Assembly: GCA_963805085.1 (NCBI GenBank)
Contig: CAWDTA010000003.1
Span: 192,001 to 256,000, forward strand
DNA: 64,000 nucleotides
Direction of reading: 5' to 3'
From: an uncultured Veillonellaceae bacterium
GTDB taxonomy: Bacteria > Bacillota > Negativicutes > JARBTT01
A program made the translations under genes and the position numbers. Of the stretch, positions 54,601 to 58,800 are shown piece by piece (the first letter of the stretch is position 1; every line of letters begins with the position of its first letter). Below the pieces are notes generated by a model. The model ran no database searches and had not been told where the DNA came from. It saw only the letters and a program-made list of their open reading frames with translations.

Positions 54601-55848
54601 TTTTTTGCAGGATTGATCGACAATAGTACGCAATTTGATGCAAAATTCTTTTTGATTCCGGAAAACGATGTTAGAGCAATGGATCCACAGGCATTGGTGG
54701 TACTGGAAGAAAGCCTGAAGCTATGGTATCATGCCGGGTATTCCCAGCAAGAATTAAAGGGAAAACAGGTAGGTGTTTATCTTGGTGGTCGCAGTCAGCA
54801 TCGCCCTGATCAATCCAGTCTTCGGCAAGCACTAAATCCCATTGTCACCGTAGGACAAAACTATTTAGCGGCAAATATCTCACGATTTTTTGATCTTCGG
54901 GGACCAAGTATTGTTGTGGATACTGCCTGTTCCTCAGCATTAGTGGCTATGAATATGGCTATTCAGGCCTTAAATAATGGTGAGATTGAATCTGCCCTCG
55001 TTGGCGGGGTGAGTCTGTTAAATACGGATGTATCCCATCGGTTATTTCAACAGCGAGGAATTTTAAATCCGAATCCATTCTTTCATATCTTTGATCAACG
55101 TTCCGATGGAGTCGTGTTGGGAGAAGGCGTGGGTATGGTTTTATTAAAAACAGTCGATCAGGCACTTGAAGATGGTGATCATATTTATGCCGTAATTAAA
55201 GGGGTAGCCATCAATAATGATGGGCGAACCGCAGGTCCGGCAACTCCTAATTTACATGCTCAGAAAGAAGTTCTGCAAACAGCGTTAGCGAGGAGTGGTA
55301 AGAAGCCGGAAGAAATTATCTATATTGAAGCAAACGGCTCTGGCTCTGAGGTTACGGATTTGCTTGAACTCAAGGCCATTCAATCCGTTTACCGATCCTC
55401 CAACACATCTCCCTTAGCATTAGGGTCGATAAAACCCAATATTGGACATCCGTTATGCGCCGAAGGTATTGCGAGTTTTATTAAAGTGGTGTTGATGCTT
55501 CAACATCAACAATTTGTTCCCTTTTTGTCAGGTCAACAATCCATGACACATTATAATATCGAAGCTTCTCCTTTTTATTTCAATCATAAGCCCGCCCAAT
55601 GGACAAATACTTCCCGGATTGCTGCGATAAACTGTTTTGCCGATGGCGGCACCAATGCCCATGTGATTTTGGAAGCCTGGGAGGATTCGGCTTCTCGACC
55701 AATCAAACGGCATCCTAACCCGTCTCCGGAAATAAATAGGCAACAGTTCGGACAAACAGACTTAAAAAAATCACCGTATGAAAATAAAACACAAGATCAC
55801 CAAACTAACAACGCTACAGAAAAAGTAATCTGGGAAATGTTTAATTAG
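36682..55848 (+). CDS. trans-AT PKS: enoyl-isomerase (DH*)-ACP-KS-DH-KR-ACP-KS-KR-ACP-KS-DH-KR-ACP-KS-KR-ACP-KS0
   Basis: Likely start is ATG 36682 after AGGGGGAG. The N-terminal hot-dog domain has HTVYNERVLL and HPLIINSAF. Four KSs carry HGTGT. The terminal KS has EANGSGS (~55327) and GHPLCAEG, so it is a KS0. ACP serines in GLQSS, GFDSI, GIDSI, GIDSI, GVDSI. Confidence 0.95.
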   Translation: MDNQLSSLYQQIRERKISQEEALRQIKGFTDQYCLKTTMSSNLGNDRNFVPEIYVYEEPYLRDHTVYNERVLLGVTYGSLAINAFFHIFPKENNVHLHRLSFTKAVQVQKNQCVEVQVEAVPKGPIMDFQVRYRYALSATWVLAASGNLQQGSFEMRKIDIENIKDSLLELHHFSPIYTSNPAIGLGDSFKPITHIFTGKDQVLARVVLSQTTRAEKHEYVLHPLIINSAFLAVNSLLKKADMEEGFLPFGIKDMYCKKNGRLEQCWVLVRLVKNSGEMIIFDAEVIDDQSQVVAHLAGCSIKRLRSEGQVSLQDHLMVDFPELQQQKRMATEGNQLEKLTNTTDLKNKIKKYLIHKVSKIIPEFLNLQNFTANLMDLGLQSSQLIAMTDEIKQETNVELYPTLFFEYPSIEELVEYFAQEHQESFIQLLGIDEKKSRVSENIPKVQTFIPSKDAQENLQSKPILQIPTNTYAEPSRDDIAIIGMHGLFAEASHLNQFWQNLCDKKDLIKEIPIDHWNYQPWYDKNPETKDKTYCKWGSFIDDVDKFDADFFNISRREAEWMDPQLRLLLQSIYSTGEDAGYINQLRGTNTGVFVGVCFHDYADKIAEMNIPVDPYMGTGNVQTVIANRVSFLFDFTGPSIAVDTACSSSLFALHYACQALRNKECNMAFVGGVNLLLASAHYRYFSSIGALSPTGRCHTFDEAADGYVPGECIASILLKPLEQARRDGDHIYAVIKGSAALHGGYTPSLTAPSVEGEENVILKAWEDAGINPETLTYIEAHGTGTKLGDPIEINSLKKAFKRFTDKEQFCAVGSAKAHIGHAEGAAGIAAIIKVIMQMKQKQIPAMPQFKKLNPYIQLAKSALYINHEIEEWKSSSGIPRRAGVNSFGFSGANAHVVIEEYIPKEQVQSPITVTTGNPAIIVLSAKNKERLQEQVQQLLAAIQTQQFTDSDLTDMAYTLQVGREAMEERLGLIVGSIEELEEKLQGFVEGKDGIEDLYQGQVKQNKDTVALFAADEDLQNAVEFWVSKEKYEKLLTFWVKGLVFDWNKLYGDNKPQRISLPTYPFARERYWIHEAETKARQTISAAIHPLLQQNTSDFYEQRFSSTFTGQEFFLADHVVKGQRVLPGVTYLEMAREAVEQAVGALEERQTGIQLKKVVWVRPIIVGEQPKQVHIRLFPEENGEIVYEIYSETEGNDAETVMHSQGKAVLMKIGEVPTLDIQALIAQCSQSTLSVDQCYKHILSTGLDIGSRLQGIEKLYVGSGQVLAKLVLQPDVYDTQSQFFLHPSLMDSALQASVGFLFGHLDTDKPVLPFSVEELEIFGRCTPVMWALVHQHEENAAGDKVLKFDIDLCDDRGNVCVRMRKLLFRILEGEVSLSDTAIISETLMLEPNWKEEAIVQKAIVSDFTQHLVILCELDDVIRESIENRMNGIRCLSLNSQWMGIEERFQIYTAKVFEEIQNIFKSKPVGKVLVQIVVCSHEEQQLFSGLSGLLNTACLEHTKLIGQLIEIELGENAESIVEKLRENSQSQNDKQIRYQGGKRYVVGWREIAATQAEAKIPWQDRGIYLITGGAGGLGLIFAKEIVHQAKDVTLILTGRSPLHGLKEVKLQELEVLGTRVIYKQADVTQRQVVADLIQSIQKEFGSINGIIHGAGVIKDNFILGKTKEELQEVLAPKVSGLVNLDQATKDIKLDFFILFSSLAGILGNPGQADYAAANAFMDAYARYRNALVDVKQRQGQTLSINWPLWKEGGMCIDLETETMMRQSMGMIAMQTSTGILALYQGLASGLDQCMVTEGNLARMKQKLLSPIPVSVQPEPVYQVSDSIKKIDTDSLLDKVQATLVQVISKLVKVESGAIDLAAELSNYGFDSITLTEFANKLNKEYKLELTPAIFFEHSNIHSFAEYLIKEHQAVFATKFAVQSRGEISEKVMKDKEEKSPSDKGRRSRFEKMLALSAAKPNASTPEPIAIVGMSGKFPMARDIDEFWQNLRDGKDCITEIPRERWDWQEYYGDPTKEANKTNIKWGGFIDGIDEFDPLFFGISPREAQLMDPQQRLLMTYVWKAIEDAGYAAQSLSGTQTGIFVGTASLGYSSLVSKANVSIEGYTSTGTAPSVGPNRMSYLLNIHGPSEPIETACSSSLIAIYRAVSAIENGSCEMAIAGGVNTIVTPELYISFNKAGMLCEDGRCKTFSNQANGYVRGEGVGMILLKKLKDAEAAGDHIYGIIRSSAENHGGRANSLTAPNPKAQADLLQAAYTKAGIDPRTISYIEAHGTGTELGDPIEINGLKMAFQELYQATGKTQIVSRHCGVGSVKSNIGHLELAAGIAGVIKVLLQLKHKTLVKSLHSDTINPYIELNNSPFYIVQETKEWKALQDLQGQDLPRRAGVSAFGFGGANAHVVIEEYIPKEQVQSPIMVTAGDPAIIVLSAKNKERLQEQVQQLLAAIQTQQFPDSDLTDMAYTLQVGREAMEERLGLIVGSIEELEEKLQGFVEGKDGIEDLYQGQVKQNKDTVALFAADEDLQNAVEFWVSKEKYEKLLTFWVKGLVFDWNKLYGGNKPQRISLPTYPFARERYWVPEKDTDSASSSNMRVLEPGTLVLHPCWKEEAVAYKATAPDYVQRVVMFCEPNDISLRVIETKINGVRCLTLASKHKGIEKRFQDYSIQVFEEIQGILKAKLTGQVLVQIIVANQEEQQLFTGLSGFLQTAQLENPKLSGQLIEIEPDKDEEEIIDKLQENSRNAVDNRVRYQDGKRYVGVLSELETSREAVRIPWKDRGIYLISGGAGGLGFIFAKEIVQKVKDATLILTGRSPLNEDKETRLKELQALGARIEYRQVDVTQERAVVSLIQSIQVNFGSLHGIIHSAGVIKDNFIIKKNREELQEVLAPKVAGLVHLDQASRELPLDFFILFSSIAGRLGNLGQADYAAANAFMDAYAKYRNTLVASNQRHGQTLSINWPLWQEGGMRIDAEIQKTMRQNTGMTAMQTSTGIWAFYQAVASGKEQVMVTKGDLSRRQAHLLETSPKVHEYTEEASTLHVEPWLLREKTLHQLKVLFGETAKMSVVGIDPEELLESYGIDSIMITQLNQKLDGVFGELSKTLFYEYQTLNALAEYFTAEYPQKCLQWTGLGEQVQPIQDKSTISMSVGEFPVLTSLKKDKTLTRDFMERNPDNGICEPIAIIGMSGRYPKAKTLKEYWDILKTGQDCISEIPQERWSIEGFYHSDFQEAVAQGKSYSKWGGFVEEFADFDPLFFNISPLEAINMDPQERLFIEACWTVLEDAGYTKEQLGEQYDRRVGVFAGITKTGFELYGPDLWKQGEQVYPCTSFGSVANRISYLLNLQGPSMPIDTMCSSSLTAIHEACEHLYRGECEMAIAGGVNLYLHPSSYIRLCNNHMLSVDGKCKSFGQGGNGFVPGEGVGTVLLKRLSQAIADGDHIYAVIRGTSINHGGKTNGYTVPNPIAQGDLIRAALDKAGIDARAVSYIEAHGTGTALGDPIEVAGLSQAFQKDTQDTGFCAIGSAKSNIGHLEAAAGIAGVAKIVLQMKNQEIVPSLHAKELNPNINFGKTPFVVQRELAEWKRPVVEINGESKEYPRIAGISSFGAGGSNAHIVLEEYIPKNQERCLTAIILQNPAIIVLSAKNEERLQVQVQQLLSAIQEQKFADSELTDMAYTLQVGREAMEERLAMIVGSVKELAEKLQGFVEERDGIENLYRGQVKRNKKALAVFAADEDMEKTIEAWVTKGKYVKLLDLWVKGLVFDWNKLYGDIKPQRISLPTYPFARERYWLPEIHAKSAGSPVVNSAVFAKIHPLLHQNTSDLSEQRFTSTFTGQEFFLADHVVKGQRILPGVAYLEMARAAVEQATGALEEDQTGIQLKNVVWVRPIAVGEKPSKVHIGLFPEDSGEIAFEIYSDSEEAGAEPVVHSQGNAKLISVLKAPVLDLPDLQAQCSQSNLSSSQYYEAFKVMGIDYGPAHQGIEMVYVGQEQVLAKLTLPATVSDTKDQFILHPSLMDAALQASLMISASDVKLALPFALQELKIFEKCTSSMWALVRYNEGSKAKDKLKKMDIDLCDEQGRVCVRMKGLSSRVLEGEVDSIADTEAIGTLMLQPSWQEQPVDSEATMPEYDRHLVMLCEPHDISQEDIENQINGVRCLNMQAEQEGIESRFNNYAVQAFEQIKNILKEKHMGKVLVQIIVTNQGEQQLFAGLSGLLKTAQLENPKLIGQLIEMESGKKIEEIIEKLKENSRRPIDNHISYQENKRYVASWNKVDVSKETVKIPWKDQGVYLITGGAGGLGLIFAKEIAHKVKDATLILTGRTSLKKDKQVKLKELEELGAKIVYKQVDMTQKEAVVDLIESIRKDFKNLNGIIHSAGVIKDNFILKKTKEELQAVLAPKVTGLVHLDQASKELTLDFFILFSSIAGRLGNPGQADYAAANAFVDGYAKYRNTLVASKQCHGQTLSINWPLWQEGGMHVDAETEKMMRQSTGMIAMQTSTGIRTLYQSIAFGKDQVMVMEGELKRLQTAFLKRQTGTKIQKTPYTIEENKAVTGIEQDLFKEKAANYFKNLLTSLIRLPAHRIETDAPLEQYGIDSIMVMQMTNQLEKVFGSLPKTLFFEYQNIKELTGYFLENYRDQLTEILEIDDKAVVHVNDLQCSTVETTMGKPVSSTRRRPRFVSLRMENREEKEALDIAIIGVSGRYPQAGSIQEFWHNLRDGKDCITEIPKERWDHSLYFDEDKNTPGKTYSKWGGFLNGVDQFDPLFFNISPREAQIMDPQERLFLECVYETLEDAGYTRKALGLHQDFGLGGNVGVYVGVMYEEYQLYGVQEQIQGRPFAVPANPASIANRVSYFCNFHGPSMAVDTMCSSSLTAIHLACQSLQRGGCEVAIAGGVNVSVHPNKYLLLSQGKFASSKGQCESFGQGGDGYVPGEGVGAVLLKTLSKAVADGDHIYGIIKGTAINHGGKTNGYTVPNPNAQASVIGRSFKNAGIDPRTISYIEAHGTGTSLGDPIEIAGLTKTFQEYTQDKQFCAIGSVKSNIGHCESAAGIAGLTKILLQLKYRQLVPSLHSEILNPNIDFANTPFVVQQELTEWKRPVIEKGGESKEYPRIAGISAFGAGGANAHIVIEEYISKDLARPPITINAGKQAIILSAKNEEQLREQVQQMLTAIGEQQFTDSELVDMAYTLQVGREAMEERLAIFVGSIKELEEKLKSYVDGQVSIGNLYRGQVKRNKATMDFFAMDEDMTKIIDTWIIKGKYEKILELWVRGLVIDWNRLYVDSKPRRISMPTYPFAKERYWLFDGQNEAGSIASQATLSSRSEDTSVRRVMCYLQKQWELCFATSTPILNRTIAILTTQETMELAIQVAQHFPKSQILDLHDLESQLQQSEKHWKEYGGCVDLIGCGKEKNELPNWMAWLQQMIEYGHREGLMMLCVTKGLESYQNIAVNLSGASRAGLYRMLQSEYGHLRSRHMDADPSTGEQVLAQQIVSEFFMESEDSEICYRDEKRYRSYLGETEKGDDSGETLVFPDGHVLWITGGTRGIGYLCAQHFVTNHGVRRLVLTGRETIPPREEWDAYKHQNTSIAKKIQAIRSLEAKGAEVEVLSVSLTDEHAVQKSLQEIKSTMGPIGGIIHCAGTDDMKNPAFIRKSVREILKVLDPKIAGLDILYQSFDKEPLQFFVLFSSVSAIIPALAAGQSDYAMANAYMDYVAETKIHAYPIVSIQWPSWKETGMGEVKSRVYQQTGLLNLTNEEGLQLLDQIISRKIGPVVLPAMVDPELWKPYQLMQRRKQESFAANIQPRDSIATESLKASDVLLTVTQSWLIDLFSQELKMDPSKLEIDTPFQDYGVDSILLTQIWRSIKELLTNELDPSILFEYSTIESLAAWLVSNHASSLSKILNTMSSEQYGPPTHQDSSPPAPSITSDSSKSQKLQRGSRIYRNSKPLDIAVIGLSCRFPGANTLEEYWQLLLEGRSAIRSVPRERWGYLSNFFAGLIDNSTQFDAKFFLIPENDVRAMDPQALVVLEESLKLWYHAGYSQQELKGKQVGVYLGGRSQHRPDQSSLRQALNPIVTVGQNYLAANISRFFDLRGPSIVVDTACSSALVAMNMAIQALNNGEIESALVGGVSLLNTDVSHRLFQQRGILNPNPFFHIFDQRSDGVVLGEGVGMVLLKTVDQALEDGDHIYAVIKGVAINNDGRTAGPATPNLHAQKEVLQTALARSGKKPEEIIYIEANGSGSEVTDLLELKAIQSVYRSSNTSPLALGSIKPNIGHPLCAEGIASFIKVVLMLQHQQFVPFLSGQQSMTHYNIEASPFYFNHKPAQWTNTSRIAAINCFADGGTNAHVILEAWEDSASRPIKRHPNPSPEINRQQFGQTDLKKSPYENKTQDHQTNNATEKVIWEMFN
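39355..39897 (+). repeat. ~540-bp near-identical intragenic duplicate, copy 1 (KS C-terminus plus flanking subdomain)
   Basis: Matches 43855-44397, offset by exactly 4500 nt, from GANAHVVIEE to LPTYPFARERYW with few substitutions. Confidence 0.9.
43855..44397 (+). repeat. ~540-bp near-identical intragenic duplicate, copy 2
   Basis: Matches 39355-39897. The antisense ORFs 39552..39827 and 44052..44327 are almost identical for the same reason. Confidence 0.9.
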
Positions 55849-55860
55849 GAGGGAAAGTCA

Positions 55861-58800
55861 ATGATATATGAAACGTTTAATCTATCTACAAAAAACCCTA
55901 TTATAAGTAATCACAGTGCATATGGACAAGAGTTGTTGCCTGGTCTAGCTTATATCGATCTTATATTCCAATTCTTTAAAAAGCATTATTATTCTTATAA
56001 TGAGTTTGAACTGCGTAATTTGTCTATATATAACCCGTTAATTGTTGGAAAGAATTATGATGTTCTGCTTACCCTTCAGTGTTCGGAAATCAGAGAGGGG
56101 CAATGGCATATTGTTGTGGAGGGGCAAGAACGACGCAATGATGGAACCGTAGTCTTGAATAAAAAACGGTATGTTACTGCTGAAATGCATAAAATAGGTT
56201 CCGTAATATTTGGTGAAACCTTAGATCTTAATCAAATAGAACACTTGGCAAAGAGCGTTGGCAGCTTAGACGAAGTTTACGAGCAATGCCAGCTTCAAGA
56301 CTTGGTACATACTGGTTTGATGAAAGCAGAAGGTAAGATTTACGAGGGCGAGACAGCGAGCTTCATTGATATTTCACTAGGGCAGGAGGCGCAGCCCGGT
56401 GCAGAAAGTTTTCTGTTTCACCCGGCCCTTATTGATGGCAGTGCCATAGGATCGAGGACACTGTTGTCCGCCCTAGTCAAAGGGGAAGAACGCTTGTTTT
56501 TACCTCTTTTCTACGAATCCTTTCGTGCCTCAGAACTCATACAACAACGATGTTTAACGCGGATTCAAACGTCAGCGTTGGTGCGTAAAAAAGAGCTTTT
56601 GTATATGACGATGGAATTTTTTAATGAATCCGGCAAGAAAGTGGCGGAATTGAGAAATTTTATCAGTAAATTAGTTCGAGGCGCCGAATTAATTAATCCT
56701 AACCTAAAAAACACGTTTCAAATGGAGGCAGCGAATTTCAGCCGATCTTTATTGACCAGTTTCCAAGAGCCGAGCAATGTGGAGAATGACCTCAACCTAG
56801 TAACGACTGCTGAAACTGAATTTTTTTTACAGCAGTTGATGGCAGATCGATTAAAGAAACCAATAGAGCAAATCGAAACTCAGGTTGGATATTATGAAAT
56901 GGGATTGAATTCACCTGGATTATTGGAGATTGTCCAAGAGATAGAAACAAAAATTGGTGTTGCCTTATCCCCAACGTTATTGTTTGAATATACGACCATT
57001 GCTGAACTGTCAGCCTATCTTACCGAGAATTACCCCTCAAAGTTTAGACAATACTCTGCTGTGACGCGGGAGGTTGAACAGGAGATGCTGGGTAACGCAA
57101 CTGCGCAAGCTCCCAGTACGGATAGTGAGGTAGGGAATGGCGTGTTATCGAACGATAATACGGAAGAAGGACGAGCTGCAGCAATGCCTGCAATCGAGCA
57201 AGACATTGCCATTATAGGAATGGCGGGACGCTATCCAAAAGCAATAAACCTTCAGGAATTTTGGACTAATTTAAAAACGGGCAAAGACTGTATCAGTGAA
57301 ATTCCAAAATCACGTTGGGATTGGAAATTGTATGAAGGGGTAAAATCACCCTCAGGAAAAAACATCTCTAAATGGGGTGGCTTTATAGATGATCCGGACT
57401 GCTTTGATCCTCAATTCTTTCGAGTAACACCGCGGGAAGCAGAATTAATGGATCCTCAAGAGCGTTTGTTTTTGGAGAATTGTTGGGAAGCAATAGAAGA
57501 TGCTGGTTATACGCCTAAAACGCTGGTTATGCCGCAAGGTCCTAATAAAAGGCACCATGTAGGTGTATTTGTTGGTGTAATGCATAAAGATTATACCCAA
57601 ATCGGAGCCGAAGCTGCGTTACATGGTCAGGTAGTTCCGTTATCATTGAATTATGCGTCAATTGCCAATCGGGTCTCTTATTTCTGCAATTTTCATGGCC
57701 CTAGCATGGCGGTAGATACGGTGTGTTCTTCTTCGCTTACTGCCGTGCATTTGGCTTTAGAGAGTATCAGGCATGGTGAATGCGAGGTTGCTCTGGCAGG
57801 CGGAGTGAATTTATCCTTACATCCCAATAAATATCTAACCTATGGGTTAATGGATATGCATTCCAGCGATGGTTATTGTCATACCTTCGGCAAAGAAGGC
57901 GATGGTTTTGTTTCAGGAGAAGGCGTTGGTACGGTTCTGTTAAAGCCGCTACACAAAGCGGTTCAAGACGGGGATCACATTTATTCGGTCATTAAAGGCA
58001 GTACCATCAATCATGGGGGAACTGTGAGCGGGATGACGGTACCAAGTCCGATTGCTCAGGCAGATATGATTACGGCATGTATAAAAAAAGCCAAGGTTCA
58101 TCCACGGACGATCAGCTATGTCGAAGCCCAGGGGACAGGAACGTCATTAGGTGATCCTATTGAAATTGAAGGGTTAGCGAAAGCCTTTCGTCTATATACT
58201 CAGGATTTACAATATTGTTCAATTGGTTCCGTTAAGTCAAATATCGGGCATGCTGAGTCCGCTGGAGGCATTGGTGCTTTGACTAAGGTAGCACTCCAAC
58301 TTTACTATAAAACCTTGGTACCATCACTGCATTCAGAGAAATTAAATCCGCATATAGATTTTAAACAGTCCCCGTTTTTTGTACAGCAGGAAACCGAGGA
58401 ATGGAAGAAGCCAGTATTGGTGGAAGATGGTAGACAGGTCATCTATCCTCGTCGGGCTGGGCTAAATTCTTATGGTGCTACTGGATCAAACGCTCATGTC
58501 ATACTGGAGGAATACATCCCCAAACAAACGCGCCAACAAAATCTGGCAGTGCTCAGTAAAAATGACAGTCTCACAATCATTCCGCTTTCTGCTAAGGACA
58601 AAGAGCGGCTGCACGCGTATGTTAAGAAATTATTGGAGTATCTTAAAGAATTTCCGTCAGACAAGAATCTTTATCATGGAGAAATCAATATATCAGAATT
58701 AGCTTATACCTTGCAGGTGGGACGAGAATCCATGGAAGATCGGGTAGTATTTCTCGTAAAGGATATTCCACAGCTCATTGAAAAATTAGAAGCATATGGT

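Noticed and set aside
37810-56930. ACPs with GLQSS (~37822) and GLNSP (~56908) as inactive
   Set aside because: The phosphopantetheinylated Ser is retained, and ACPs in non-elongating modules often deviate at the preceding Asp. There is no evidence of loss of function.
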